This document shows, piece by piece, positions 1 through 13,990 of a stretch of 64,000 bases of DNA. Below the pieces are notes generated by a model. It had not been told where the DNA came from. It saw only the letters and a list, made by a program, of their open reading frames with translations, and ran no database searches. Every line of letters starts with the position of its first letter. The first letter of the stretch is position 1. Origin of the DNA: Haliotis cracherodii (taxonomy: Eukaryota); assembly GCF_022045235.1 (NCBI RefSeq), contig NW_027266266.1:4953848-5017847 (forward strand). Reading direction: 5' to 3'. A program made the position numbers and the translations under genes.

Positions 1-639
1 AGTATTACAGATATATGAGTGAGTGAGTGAGTTAAAGTTTAACGTCACATCGGCAATATTTCAGCCATATCGTGACGAAACAATGAATGATATGAACAAT
101 ATATATTAAACTGTTTAAAATTCTGCTGACAAAGAGCAGTATAATAACTAGAACATCACAGACATTCGTAAAACTGGTTTGAGAACAAGTTAAAATAGAT
201 AACTAACTAATCATTTAACAACACGTTATAAAAACAGGCTATAGATCGTCACCAACCGAAGGTTGATCACCGCGCTGGGGACCATGGGGACTTACAGTAC
301 TTTTGCTATCTGCATGGACCCCAGTCGGATTTACATCATCCCTTTAGTTGTTGGCGATGACTGACAAATTTAGCCAAACAGTAAAATTACACATATACTA
401 CTATTAAAAACGTGGAAGAAGTAAATATACCTTGAAAGACTCGGTCTTACATACCCCCTCAGGGGGACAATAATTTTACACTACTTTAACCCCCTTCGAG
501 GATATAGCCACTAACAATCTCAGTTATTGATTTATTCAACCAATTATAAAATGCATTTATTTATTTACAAAACATAATAATCAAAACTTATGAAGCAATT
601 CAATTTCCTTTAAAAACGCATACAGATATATGAAGGTGT

Positions 640-770
640 GTTAGCTGGAATGGGAAGGAAAGCCCTAAGTAATGCGTGTCTCAGACGCTTACCACATGGA
701 TGAAACCCATGCAGTCAGGGCCAATCTGGGATTCGAACCCGCGATCATAGATGTTTCAACATGCATCAAT
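640..770 (-). mobile_element. SINE family C (tRNA-derived), partial copy
   Basis: about 80% similar to 2136-2420 and 48633-48870 (ggaaagccc..aatg..gtctcagacg..ttaccac..gatgaaaccca..gggattcgaaccc). Confidence 0.6.
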
Positions 771-851
771 ATATTGCGAAAACAGACAAACAACGTCTTT
801 GTAAACCAAGTGTAGAATGTTGTGAGTAAGGTTGACTGAGAGAGGATTTTG

Positions 852-913
<62 letters not shown>

Positions 914-926
914 ACACACACACACA
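852..926. repeat. (CA)n microsatellite, about 37 units with two interruptions
   Basis: direct read of an acacac... run. Confidence 0.95.
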
Positions 927-2135
927 CTTTAGTGTCGGTCTCCATTTAATTAAAATGAATACCGAAGCGCGGTTTAACAGTTTTGACTGCACAGTGTATA
1001 TACTGCGGTTCTGTATCCACACGGCGCTCCCTGTCGTTAACTACTGCATACAACGTACCGCTCTGAACTAAACACCAACACAACAACCACCAGCTTGTAT
1101 GTCATTCCCCGATTCCATCATGTTGTGGTTGGCCGACATTCTAAATAATGAGCATCACTTATGTGCTATCTGTTTTATCGTTCGACGCAATTGGGTCATT
1201 TCGGAATCCGCTCACACAGGTAACCCCTTGTTCCTGTCGCCATGGAAACACTATGCTCGGTTTACAGCTGCTGGTTCTGGATTAAGTGCTTTCCCACATG
1301 ACATTTCTAAAGTTTCTTTGTATGTAATTAAGATTGGCTATATTACACTTTACCTTATAATACATTACTGATGTATGGATCATACGATAGCCTTCTGATA
1401 TCAGGTAGGAAATGTTTCTGTGGGTAAAGTAACGAGATTTTACGCCGCTTTATCTGCTTTGTTTGAATATTATGCGGAGTGGAATATGTCTAAGTAACTC
1501 GCCATTCTTTAAAAATAATGGAGCCGAGGCCTCGCCGGGGATGTGGCCCATTATTTTTAAGGAATGGAGAGTTACGAGGATTCCCCTACTTAAAACACAT
1601 CCCTACTTTTACACTTTGACAAAACATTTTCTTGGGGGAAATATTTGAAAAATAGACCAGAACTCTTTGTAGACTTTTTCCACTTTTATCGACGAGTGTT
1701 GATATCAAAAGACACGTACGAGGGTGAAACTTTATTTATCATCCAACATTATTCTTCCAACTTTTTCAGTTTGTAGACAGCAATAAGCAATGTCTTAAAG
1801 GGACATTTCACACGAAAATAAACCTATTTTTCTTGTACTTTTTCATCATGAAAACTATTTACCTAATAGGTTCATAGCCAAAACAAAACAAATATCACAA
1901 GTAACTAATTTATTTTATTCGTTAAATTGGTTCATATTTTTCACATTTACGGATCTTAATCTTAACAACTTACGTTCAGAGATAAGATATCTTAAGTTTA
2001 AGATAAAATACATTTTCGAAACTATCGTAAACTCTGACAAGGAACTCATTTGTGTTGGAGATAGAAAAGCGGGGTGTTTTTCCCAATGACGTCACGGGGA
2101 TTCCCCAGCCGCTGACGATAACAACAACGTGGAGA

Positions 2136-2420
2136 GTGAGTGAGTGAGTGAGTTGGGTTTTACGCCGCTTTTAACAGTATTCCAGTTATATCACGGCGTG
2201 TCAGCTTAATGTGGGAGGAAAGCCCGAAATGATGCAGGTCTCAGACGTTTACCACTTCGATGAAACCCACGAGCACGGGTATGGTGCTGACAAACCTAGA
2301 AACATAATCGGGGCGAACCGGGATTCGAACCCACAATCATAGGTTTCTGGCGTGCCCAAGGGACGCAACTCTGCATAGCGAATCGCGGCGCCTTAGACCA
2401 CTGGGCCACCAGTGCCCCCA
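2136..2420 (-). mobile_element. SINE family C; the reverse complement has a tRNA-like head (GGGGGCACTGGTGGCCCAGTGGTCTAAGGCGCC...GGTTCGAATCCCGG) and a (gagt)n tail
   Basis: near-identical copy at 48633-48870; flanked by an 11-12 bp target-site duplication caacgtggaga at 2125-2135 and 2421-2431. Confidence 0.85.
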
Positions 2421-2724
2421 CAACGTGGAGAAGTGACACGGAATTCACGATCACATTGTCAGTTTACACTGTTAACACGCAACTTTGTGAGTGAAATTCC
2501 GTGCAATCCTACATATATGTCCTACATGTTGACGTTTTGTTCTTGTGATAAAAGATGCCATGACTACCCGAACGCAAATCGCACTCGTGCAATCGAGACA
2601 TTTTTCAAACCCAATAAATGTTATGATCAATAAGTGTAGTGTTGCCACGTTATAGCTATAAGAATTGAAATAATGTGCAAAAAGATACTTCACTATTTCC
2701 CTTCAAATGGTCCTCTCACGAGCG

Positions 2725-2890
2725 GGGCGGTCGGGTTGCCTAGTGGTTAAAGCGTTCGCTCGTCATGCCGAAGACCCGGGTTCGATTCCCGACATGGGTA
2801 CAATGTATGAAGCCCATTTCTCGTGTCCCCCGCTGTGATATTGCTGGAATATTGCTAAAAGTGGCGTATAACCATACTCAGTCAGTCAGT
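2725..2890 (+). mobile_element. SINE family B (tRNA-derived head GGGCGGTCGGGTTGCCTAGTGGTTAAAGCG...GGGTTCGATTCCCG; tail module plus (agtc)n)
   Basis: copies at 24621-24785, 26643-26805, 42644-42785 and inverted copies elsewhere; target-site duplication cctctcRcgagcg at 2712-2724 and 2891-2903. Confidence 0.85.
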
Positions 2891-3469
2891 CCTCTCGCGA
2901 GCGCGCAGAACTTTATGTAAACACATTGCGTACAAAGTCAAGAACGAAAGTAAGGGACGTTATTCTAAATGACAATGACTGGACATGATCGACATGATCG
3001 AACAGCAGGCGTTCAGAATTTAAGATGCGTGTTCAAGTCTGATGTTACGTGATGTATACTGGATCTATCTAGATCCATAATTCTTTACAAAATTTAAAAG
3101 TGACACTAATTTTCGTTCGCAAAGAGAGATAATTTGGGAATTGACAAGTTATGATGTCTCATGGAACACGCCACAAGTTAACGTGAACATACATATAATG
3201 TAGTCCTTTTCTATCCTTTTAAATTAAGTAGAGCTCATAAACTGATTTGTCTGATTTGATTTAAATCTGTCTGAGGAGATAAATACTTTGTAAATGTGTC
3301 ACATCTATTCCAGAACTGTAGTTCGATGATGTTTGGCTTGGTTGACAGTATTGCTGAGGATCATCTACTAATATTTGTCCGTGGACAATATACTTTACAA
3401 CGATTTTATTATCTGAATGGTCTCAAGTATCAATATCAATCTCATTAAATTCATATCTCATATTAAAAT

Positions 3470-3870
3470 CAGTTCTTGCTGCTGCCAAACAAAGATCTGA
3501 GGACATCCCAATTGGGGTCACGTCAGAACGACCTTTCGCGAACTTTGACCGACCACTGAAACGACTTACAAGAAGTCGACCTCAGTCAATTAGAAAGCAG
3601 CTTTCTCGAGCTTTACGGCAATCGTTTCAACCTGGCGACTTCCGTTTCAGAACAAATATGTTGACACAGTTCTCAATTGAAACTTTGAATACTGAACAAA
3701 CGAACATTTCTGAATGTCTAATATATGGTTGTGATTGTATGGCAGTGCTTCCCACGTACTGTGCTACGCCTCCTCTGTTCAAATGTTTATCCCAAGGAAG
3801 CGAGAGATAGACGATAATATTGACGGGATCAGCCGTACGGGCCGTAACTGTCGTTTGGAATAACCCGTGT
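3470..3870 (+). mobile_element. MITE family 1, 5' TIR plus internal region; 3' end truncated by a SINE-A fragment
   Basis: about 90% identical over roughly 400 bp to 59474-59880. Confidence 0.7.
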
Positions 3871-3904
3871 GAACATTGTCAATTTCAACCGATTCATGTA
3901 ATAG

Positions 3905-4012
3905 GTAGCCTGACCACCCGATGACCTTATAGTCGCCTTTTCCGACAAGCATCGTTGCCTTTTACGGCCAGCATCGGTTTGCTGAAGACCTATTCTACCC
4001 CGGATCTTCACT
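3905..4012 (-). mobile_element. SINE family A fragment (body end)
   Basis: matches the cctgaccacccgatc...ttgctgaagacctattctaccccggat part of family A copies. Confidence 0.6.
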
Positions 4013-4763
4013 AATTGTATGCCCGTCATTTACAAATGTAATGTAATGTTACCAATTCTCAAATTTCCATTGGCAACAAAATAAGATACATGGTTTCTAA
4101 GTAATCATAAAACCTTACTGAAACACAAAACATTGGTAAACAAATATATTTACAAGGGTACACACGAGTATCTCAGTTGTAAAGTCAAGGAAATTACAGT
4201 CACATCATGCTTCTGCTGCATAACTCAACTCATATGCACAGCCTGTAAAACTTATCTTATGCATGTTATTAATTATTTGAAATATTATTTGAAATATTTA
4301 AAATAAATACTATTCTGTCCAAACTCATCACAGGTACAGCCACTGAAACATCGCTTAGAAAACCCAATTTTGCAATTGTTACTTTAGATTCCGACAAAAG
4401 AAGTAATTACGCCCAATTTCATTTATTTCCTATTCTTCACTTGAAGCGTTTTGTTTATAGATTTTGGAATAGAGAAGGGATTTTTATGTAGTGAGTTGTA
4501 TGGTACAACAGTCATGCAAACAACTTGTAGGATGACTTGCCTACTATAAAATAGAAATCATTGAGGGATTCTGTCGTCAAATCACTGTCATGCAAAGCAG
4601 AAGCTTGGACGTCTTCTGAAATCTTTCTACAAATGTCGATATGTTGGTAGTTATCAAAACAAAATGGCAGAAAAGCAATACAATTCTCTTGATATTCCTT
4701 GAGAGCAATTTCATCGCCATTTTTACTGAGAATTATGATTTCATATCTCTGCTTTCTGACGTG

Positions 4764-4921
4764 GGTTGGTTGGTTTGTTGTTTATCGCCTCACTCAGCAA
4801 TATTCCAGCTATATGACGGCGGTCTGTAAATAATCGAGTCTTGGCCAGACAATCCAGTGATTAATATCATAAGCATCGATCCACGCAATTGGGATAGATG
4901 ACATGCGTCAACCAAGTCAGC
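4764..4921 (-). mobile_element. SINE family A copy (strand is relative to the shared tail module)
   Basis: cgcctcactcagcaatattccagctatatgacggcggtctgtaaataatcgagtct... shared with more than 15 copies in the window. Confidence 0.75.
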
Positions 4922-5260
4922 TAAATCATCGTTACTGAAGGTGGTACTTTCAATATAGACTACAGAGTCTTGATTTTGTTTTCACAATGATTCTTTGGCA
5001 GTGATACGCGTTATAAACCTCCACAACGTTACTTTTCGGAACGGTTACACACCACAGAGGACCATAACTCTAAATCATTGCACTGACTATTGTGCTAAAT
5101 TAATGGTTAAATGGAGACAGGGTATCTCTTCATTTTAATATGAAGCTGAGAGCTTTTTAATATCTATCAGTATACTTGCTCTGGAGATCAGACTTCCAGA
5201 CGACCTCGGCTGACACTACAACTGCCTTTCTACGGTAACTGGGATAAATAGATAAATTTT

Positions 5261-5806
5261 GATAATAAGTATTGTAAAAAGTATGCGATTTTAATTTGGT
5301 AAAATGATTATATAACTGTTTGTTAGTGGCTGTACCTTCAAAGAGGGTTAAAGTAACGTAAAGTAATTGCCCCCCTGAGAGGGTACTACTTCATTCAAAG
5401 TATATTTCATTTTCCTGGATTTTAATCGTAGAATACTTGTTGTTTTTTAATGCTTTGGCTTACACTTACTAACAATCACCAGTAGCCTGCGGGATGGTGT
5501 AAATCCTGCTGGGGAACCATGCAGGAAGCAGATGTACCTTAAGTCCCCGTGGTCTCTTGTATGGTGGCCTAACTTTGGTTGCTGGTGATCTCTAGCCCAG
5601 CTTTACAATCTATTATTTAGAATAGTCACTTTTTTATGGTAACATGCAAGTTTTAAATCTATATCTGTGATCGTCTAGTTATTTTACTGTCCTTTGTCGA
5701 CAGATTATATAGTCTATATTTATATCTTATTCCTGTACAACTTGATTTAGTCATGATATGGCTGAAATACTGCCGATGTGACTATAAATCTTAACTCACT
5801 CACTTG
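5261..5806 (+). mobile_element. 3'-terminal fragment (3' UTR only) of the same LINE family as 38846-42544, ending in a ctca-type tail
   Basis: collinear similarity to 41950-42544, including the terminal ggctgaaatactgccgatgtgactataaatcttaactcactcac. Confidence 0.75.
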
Positions 5807-5929
5807 TACAATATTCCCTCAAAATTACAAGACGCTGGTAGAATAGGAGTTGTTGTTCTTGTTTGAAGCGCCATCTGGTGTTCATGCCACTCCATCACTT
5901 CGAGGGTCACCAGTCTCCATTTGAGTGGA

Positions 5930-6090
5930 ATTTTCCCCCTAGCCTAATTTCCCCCGGAAAAGGGGCTATATAGCCAGATTTCCTCCCGGAAAACTGGCTA
6001 TATAGCCATACGTCCCACGGAAAGCACACTATATGGTCATATTTCCCACCCGGAAAATACCCTATATAGCCAATTTTCCGCTTCGGAGTC
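5930..6090. repeat. tandem repeat, about 40-bp unit x4 (cccggaaaa..ctatatagcca)
   Basis: direct read. Confidence 0.7.
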
Positions 6091-7614
6091 AGATTTCCCC
6101 CATCATTAAATACATGTCTATTATCAAAAGTACCTAGATGTACAGTTGGCTGATGGAGTAATCTACAAGAGAAACCATGATTAAAATTTTGTGTTTTTTT
6201 GCGCCATACATTCTTAATTTTTATAAATAGAGGATAGTTCATTTCGACAGTGAGATATGGCGGATCTGTCACTCAACAGATCAGATCAGCCTTTTGTCAC
6301 TGACGAAATGAAATGTTTTATTTATTATATATTTATTTAGTAGGGTATGTGTTGTTTTTGTTTTTTATTTTGTTGTGTATTTGAGGTAAATCAGCGAATC
6401 TAAAATCTTCCAACTGTCTTCAGTAACAATACGTCACATTGCTAGTTGAAACACACTTTGCTAGTTGATTTCTATCAGGTCTGCACTGTAAACATGAACG
6501 GCAGTCGTTCTCCTTATCATGGTTGCAGTGACATATCACTTTTCTGTCATCGAGAATCCGCAGTCTCTCACTGCCAAGTATATTATAAAGTATATTTACA
6601 ACGTATATAGCGCATATATATGTGCTTGCTCATGGCGTTTCTTGCCCCGATCAGAGGTCCGTATATTTTGCATTCCAGAACTTCCCAGCTACATGTGAAA
6701 TATGCAACCAAAGCTGCCTGTCGGGCGCTAGAAGATTACCCATTCCCATTACCATTACCACATTACCTCCTTGGTACCCATTTACTGTTTGTGGACAGAG
6801 GCATGCATGAACAAGATCACTTGCCAAAGGTGACGCCGCAAGTTTTTCAACTCGTGTTTCAGTGGAAGATATATACGTGAGTACTGTTTCCGTCATCTGT
6901 TCATTTACCAACTGATGAGCGGATTCTGTTTAGTGCACAGGGTTGTGAACTGCAGGCTATGCTTGCCACAACACTTTTAGGACCTGTACTAATGTCAGCC
7001 CTTAGGTTAAATAACTAAAATAACTACAGTGGCTAGCAAAATCTCAGGATGCAAATTCAACAATCTGGACTCTCTTTACAATCAACGTGTTTTACATCAT
7101 GTCCCTTGTTTTAAATCAAATAGAGCCAAATCTTCATTTGTTCCAGTTGAAGGTATTTCCTGGGAACATACAATTCGGATGAGGTTTGGAGTTCAAGCTG
7201 GTCTATTGCGCCAGAAACACAGGACAAAAACTTTGTCCAGAAATTCTCAAATATAACTGTCTTCCACTGTTTTGCTGTTTGTTGATTCCAACACATCCTT
7301 AATCACTGCATTGTAGAAAATCACTAACGTGAAGTATTTACTAGTATCCAGCAACAGTTCATAAATAAGTTCTCTGGCATGAATAACAAGTGGCAAGTCG
7401 GAATCGTCTATGTTTTCAGCACTAAACTTGTTATACAGGATTCCTAAAAGCTTGTTTTCAATTGAGACAAGTTTAACTCCAATTTCTCTGTCAAATATGG
7501 CACGCAAGAAGTTCGCTTTTGCCATTGCTGTTTGATCAAACTTTGTTGAATGGTGCAGTAGGTTATTTTTTTTAATACTGCATTGAAAAATCTGAGGGAT
7601 AAAGGGGAAATGCT

Positions 7615-7753
7615 TCTATATCGCCATACTTTCACCCTTGTGTTAAGGGGGGAAATCTTAATGGGCTTCCCACATTGTACCCATGACGGGAATAGAACCA
7701 GGGTCGTCGGCGTGACAAGCGCACGCTTACCCACTACGCTGTCCCGACCGCCC
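7615..7753 (-). mobile_element. SINE family B, inverted copy; head intact, tail degenerate
   Basis: reverse complement of GGGGCGGTCGGGACAGCGTAGTGGGTAAGCG..GGTTCTATTCCCGTCATGGGTACAATGTGGGAAGCCCATT. Confidence 0.75.
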
Positions 7754-7811
7754 CCAATTTGCAGAATAGGAATTTGGCATTGATATTGATTGTTTGGTTG
7801 ATACACGTTTC

Positions 7812-7940
7812 CGTATCCCAATTGTGTGGATTGATGCTCATGATGTCAATCACTGGATTGTCTGATCAAGACTGGATTATTTACAGACTGCCGTCATATA
7901 GCTGGGATATTGCCGAGTGTGGCGTTAAACAAACAAGAAA
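7812..7940 (+). mobile_element. SINE family A copy
   Basis: ...ccgtcatatagctgggatattgccgagtgtggcgttaaacaaacaa tail module. Confidence 0.7.
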
Positions 7941-7969
7941 AACGCTCTCACATTGTAGTCATTGATGTT

Positions 7970-8127
7970 GGAGAAAGCCTGAAATGATGTAGGTCGGACA
8001 CGTTGAGCACTGGTGAAACCAGTCAGAAGGAGCGTGGTGCTTACAAGCTGGGATCTGGGATTCAAACCCACGATCAGGGATCCTGGCACGACAAAGGGAC
8101 GTGACAGTGAATTGCGGCGCCACCAGG
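7970..8127 (-). mobile_element. SINE family C copy, diverged
   Basis: similarity to 2136-2420 (gaaagcctgaaatgatg...gggattcaaaccc...gaattgcggcgccacc). Confidence 0.65.
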
Positions 8128-10059
8128 TAACAACTTGACAACATAGCTTATTTTAAAACTTTATTAAAAAGAAATTTACAAATGTCATGAGGGACAGCAC
8201 CACATTTAAACAGCCACGTGTTCTTACAAGATGTTTTATCATGGTTTTGTGGCACCGTGACATGTTAACAATCGAACCTAACCCTTCAACGAGGATGATG
8301 TCACCTCAAGGTAAAACGTTTATACTTATTGAATGTATAGATATGAAATATTTATCGTCATTAATATCACTGGAATTTGCAGATCAAATCTGACAAGATC
8401 AAATGTGACCCAGATCAACTTTTCGATTGACTTGTTTGTACAGTTTAATTATGGTTTGATATCCCTGTGAAGACTATGCTTGTTTAGAAGGTATCAAATG
8501 AATACATCCAGAGCAGCATGGCTCAACCACATCTGTATATATCCATTCTCACGAAAGGCCGAAAGAAAGTTTACAAATTAAAATGACAAATGCAGACAGA
8601 ATTTGAAGCATGGCGGCAACCTGTGTGTATCCTTATCTATAAACACTAAACTTTTGAATTTTGAAACATTTGATCTGTACTTATTTGTATTCAGATGTAT
8701 ATATCCAGGGCAGCATGGCTCAACTACACCTGTATATATCCATCCATCTGATAGAGATCAAAATAAATTTCATATGACTGTTTTGGAGTAAGTGGTAATA
8801 GAACAGGGAAGTAAGAATTACGTTGTACAGGTGACGTTGAAAGACAATTATAACTGATTTGATTTGAAGATACTTAGTTAATTGTATCAACTGATATCTG
8901 ATGTTGTCAGCATCCTTTGTAACTATGATTATACAGATTGTTGTGTTGTCTTCATAGTGACAAGCACAGATATTGGAGCAGCACGGCTGAAGGGACACTC
9001 CAGTCCTTCAGAGTTCCTAAACATCGTGGAGGACAGAAGCTGGGTCCGCACTAGTCCATTGGTATTCGGGGGAAATGCCTGTTGGAGAGAGAGATACATT
9101 CGTTTTATATGAACATAGATGGAAGATGGTTATACATGCATGTGTATATTCATATCTCTAGTATCTTTATCTCCATTATCAACATTCGGCCTGTTCTGTC
9201 ATAACGTTAAGAAGTTAAGTCAGATGTAGCACCAAAACGAAACAAGGTAACAATGCATACATATTTCGCCTAAATCCAACTATTTGTGGAGAAGGTTTCA
9301 AGCCGCAGATGTGTAAAAGCATACATATGGCTACTGATCTCGCTTGGCTAGGCCTAGTGCCCTCGCAAAATAGTTTCGAAATTTATATCTCCAAAATTGC
9401 CAAAAAAGTATAAAATGCCTTAGTTACGTCGCAGTTCGACACTGATTTTCAGTATATAAGACCGTTCTTTTGATAACTGTAGGAATTATCCCTGTAGTTT
9501 ATCCAGATTCACGATGGTTAATTCTGATTCGATCGCCGAATTACAAGTGCGACGCCATGTTTGTTTATAAACACTGAAAGTAGTCCCTATTTGAATTTTG
9601 ATATTTGCATCTCTATCCGCATATGACCCCAACGGATATCGTTTTTATCCGTTGGCTTTATCCTGCTGAGAAACCTACCCATTATATGATAAATAATACT
9701 ATCTACTATTATCTACTCAAACCTTTAGCGGAGTTATAACATGATGGAAGCTGAAGAAATCACTCGAATATGTTGTTAGTCATGATTTCTCCATTATGGA
9801 AAATAGGTTAGGAGGTAAAACGTGAATATGAAAGCATGAGAATTAAAAATAAATGATCCGGGTATGTTGTACAAATATGGAAAGGCCAAATAAACACGCT
9901 GCCAAACATTTAAGTAGTAATTAGATAAACTAGGATCGCAACTTCACAAGACAATATTACTGTCTGAGTAACGAAACAAAAATATAATAGTGTAATGGTA
10001 ATATGTTTGGAGACTGGTACTAACATGCTTCCATACTGTGGTGCGCCACAGTGACTGCT

Positions 10060-11070
10060 AGAGCTGGTATACAATCAATACTACAGACATATAAACTGCA
10101 GCGACCGAGCGTTCATATATACACTCACCATAGATTAAGAGCGGTGACGGTTGCAGTAGACGGTTGCAGTAGACGGCTGTGGTTGGCGGTGTACGGTTGC
10201 GGCAAGGGTGCCTGTAAACGTTGAGATTGGATCAGATGTCATTTCTCATATACCTGAACACGAACTTACAACTTAATTGACCAAAGGAGTGTTCTGTAAT
10301 GGGAAAGATAGGTAGGAAGTTTTGTACTTCTTAGTTTACTACTTACTTGTTTGGAACAGTCTGTCTATAAGTGAGTCTAATCATTTGTAACTTACCTTAT
10401 CACTTAGTCCTGTTCAACATTCATGCAAGTCAGTGGTAGACTGATACTGCCAACATCCTATCTTACACCGCACATGATTGGGAATATTTTCCTTTAACTC
10501 ATTATATCATGAATGTCAACCGAAATATTTTGTTGAGGTGACGTTTTAACCAAATGCAATTTGATACGTTCTCGGAAGAAAACTTTCACAACAATCCTCT
10601 GACTAAAGACGTTGACCAAATACAATTACCCTAGAAAATGTTTGTGAATACAACCGAGTCATCGTTCAACTAGAAGGTGTTAGCGGGTGTTTCAGGTAGA
10701 AAATGAGCCATGAAACATGAAACACCCCTTAACACCTCAGAGCTGCCGAGTCATCAGGAGGTACACATGGACAACATCCGGGACTTGTAGGAGGACGATC
10801 GTGTCAAAAGCAGGATGTTGTACCAAGTTTTAAACATACAAAACAGATCCTGATAATTCCAACATGTTAAGTTGGCATCTTTGGATCTTCCTGGTTATGT
10901 GACGATTGATGAAATGCTTTGTATGATGTATAATAACATACATGGATATAGAGTGTATCAGAGGGTGTCAATTCCTGCACATAGAGCGGTGTAATTGGCG
11001 GATGTTGGAGAGGGTAGCCGCACCATACCTGAAGAAAAAAACAATATTTTGTTAATTTCAGAATCAATCA
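10060..11070. repeat. segmental duplication, copy 1 proximal block
   Basis: 85-95% identical in collinear blocks to 13150-13990 (e.g. 10540-10860 versus 13500-13790). Confidence 0.8.
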
Positions 11071-11499
11071 ATTTTTTAAACAAACATGACGATCAATTCA
11101 CATACGTGTGGCATTTTTTGAAGACAAATAATGTAGGAATTGCATGCACTCATATGACAACTGTATCTATATCCATGAACAATTAATTCCTACAGTATAA
11201 ATGATTCCTCTACAGCTTCTGTTTTACTTACTGATGGCGTGAAGAAGTCGGTGACCGTTGGATTGTTGACGGTGAGGCAGCTGGAGGCTGAGGCTGAGGC
11301 TGGTGGAAACTGAGGATGGACGGCAACTACGCCTGGCAACTGTTAAGGTGACGGAGGCTGCGTTCTGGTCAGTCGGAGCGACACCTGAAGTGATGAGGAA
11401 ATTTTCATTAACATATGAAAGAGGCAATTAACAAGCATCAGGATAAGAACATCTATTATTTGCCATCAAGAATCTGCTTTAGAAAGTAAATTTGTTCAC

Positions 11500-12480
11500 G
11501 TCGAGACCATGGACAGCTGGAGATGTTGGCTGGTCCGGATTAGTTTGGTAAGAGAGTCTGACAAGTATGTCAGGGGATGTACCTGAGGCAGGTGGCAACT
11601 GAGGCAGGCGCCTGGTAGGTAACTGAGGCAACGAAGGCTGGTGGCAACTGAGGCAGGAGGAAATCTAGGCTGGTGGCAGGTGGCAACTGAAGTAGGAGAA
11701 AACCTAGGCTGGTGGCAGGTGGCAACTGAAGTAGGAGAAAACCTAGGCTGGTGGCAGGTGGCAAGAGGCTGGTGGCAGGTGGTAATAGAAGCTGGTGGCA
11801 GGTGGTAATAGAAGCTGGTGGCAGGTGGCAACTGAGGCAGGAGAAAACCTAGGCTGGTGGCAAGTGGCAGCAGAGGCTGGTGGCAAGTGGCAGCAGAGGC
11901 TGGTGGCAGGTGGCAAGAGAGGCTGGTGGCAGGTGGCAGGAGAAGCTGATGGCAGGTGGTAATAGAAGCTGGTGGCAGGTGGCAGGTGGCAACTGAGGCA
12001 GGAGAAAATCTAGGCTGGTGGCAAGTGGCAGCAGAGGCTGGTGGCAAGTGGCAGCAGAGGCTGGTGGCAAGTGGCAGCAGAGGCTGGTGGCAAGTGGGAG
12101 CAGAGGCTGGTGGCAGGTGGCAAGTGGCAACCGAGGTTGGTGGCAGGTGGCGACTGAGGCAGGAGAGAACCCAGGCTGGTGGCAGGTGGCAAGTGGCAGC
12201 AGAGGCTGGTGGCAGGTGGCAAGTGGCAACAGAGGCTGGTGGCAAGTGGCAGCAGAGGCTGGTGGCAGGTGGCAAGTGGCAAGTCGCAACTGAGGCTGGA
12301 GGAAACCGAGGCTGGTGGCAGGTGGCAAGTGGCAAGTCGCAACAGAGGCTAGTGGCAGGTGGCAAGTCGCAACAGAGGCTAGTGGCAGGTGGCAGGTGGC
12401 AAGTGGCGACTGAGGCAGGAGGAAACCTAGGCTGGTGGCAGGTGGCAACCGAGGCTGGTGGCAGTTGGCTGGTTGCAACT
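11500..12480. repeat. GC-rich satellite, about 30-bp unit (ggctggtggcaggtggcaagtggcagcagag) x about 30, present only in duplication copy 1
   Basis: direct read; the long ORFs on both strands here are repeat artefacts. Confidence 0.85.
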
Positions 12481-12583
12481 GAGGCTGGACAGAACCTTTA
12501 GAAAATAAATTAATGTTTAAAAAATCTATTAATCTTATTCTGGTTGACTCGTTTGTTATTTCGGCATATGTCAGACAAACAAA

Positions 12584-12990
12584 CTATTCAAAGAATTCCC
12601 TGGCCACACTCGATATACAATGACTTTGTGCTTGGTCTTTACACACTAATATCATATACGTCAGACCTGTTCCTCTTTGGCGAGGTGTATTGAATTGGAG
12701 TTTCTGGAACACGGGTGGTAGAGTAACCATTGCATGTGGAAAGGGTGAATGTTGTAGAACGCCGCAGTCGGCAATATTACATCTAACATGTGACTGACAA
12801 GCGAAAAATGGTCGATGGGAATACCCGGATTGTAGAATGATCAACGTAAGTACAATCACACATGTGACTGGACCTAATTGTATTCAACAGCATTTAGGTA
12901 CTGGGTTATCTATTCTTCCCTGGGTCACCTCGAGAGCATATAGAACCCTGTTAAATGTTGGTGTGTGGGTAAGGCCCAAACTCGCTTAAT
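12584..12990. repeat. segmental duplication, copy 1 distal block
   Basis: about 85% identical to 14480-14830. Confidence 0.75.
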
Positions 12991-13149
12991 GCAATGTCGG
13001 TTCACAATACAGGATATTTATTATCCAAAAATACACTCGCGTGATAATATCAATAAGTAAAAATAGAGGTTATCTGCCAACTGGTGTTAGGTGCAATCGA
13101 GTGGCATCAGGGGACGTTTCCGTTCTTCATTGTGAATATAAAGTATCCA

Positions 13150-13990
13150 GTTAAATTGCATGGATCTAGCGTTCATATACTAGTACTCACCATAGACTAG
13201 AGCGGAGGTGTGGTAGACGGTTGTGAATAGAATTTAGAAAAGTCTGCGAGTTCTGAATGTCTTAAGTTGTTTGGAACGGCCTGTCTATAAAGTAAGTGAC
13301 ACTTTTTAACCATCAACGCACAGTTTGAAACTTACCTTGTCATTTAGTTCTGTTCAACAAACATCCATCTTCGTTGTAGACTGATATTGCCAACACCCTA
13401 CCACAGCACCGCACATGATTAGGAAGAGACGTCTTCAACTCAGTGTATCAAGAAAACAAACTGAAATATTTTGAGGTGACGCAACCAGTAAGGTCTGACA
13501 CGCTCATTTGAATGCTGGTATTAAAATCTTTCACAACAATCCCCTGACTAAAGACGTTGTCCAAATACAAATTACCCGAGAAAATGTTTGTGAATACGAC
13601 CGAGTCATCGTTCAACTAGAAGGTGTTAGCGGGTGTTTCAGGCAGAAACTGAGCCATGAGACATGAAACACCCCTCAACACCTCAGAGCTGCCGAGTCAT
13701 CAGGAGGTACACATGGACACCATCAGGGACTTGTAGGAGGACGATCATGTCAAAAGCAGGATGTTGTACCAAGTTTTAAACATACATGTTAAGTTGGCAT
13801 CTTTGGATCATGCCAGTCAAGATAGAATGTTTTGAATAGTTTATGTATAAGATATATTGATGTCGAGTGTATCAGAGGGTGTCAATTCCTGCACATGAAG
13901 CGGCGTAATTGGCAGGTGTTGCAGAAGGTAACATGTCACCACACCTGAAGAAGAAACAATATTTTGTTAATTTCAGAATTATTCAATCAC
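13150..13990. repeat. segmental duplication, copy 2 proximal block
   Basis: see 10060-11070. Confidence 0.8.

Noticed and set aside
5907-6272. 121-aa minus-strand ORF
   Set aside because: Spans the 40-bp tandem repeat at 5930-6090; periodic peptide, no homology.
8882-9112. 76-aa plus-strand ORF preceded by an acceptor-like ttgtcttcatag
   Set aside because: No recognisable homology and no convincing donor downstream.
11496-12501. ORFs of 181 to 289 aa (..ATSLCCHLPPASVATCH..) on both strands
   Set aside because: Encoded by the GC-rich 30-bp satellite; all frames are open; no gene signals.
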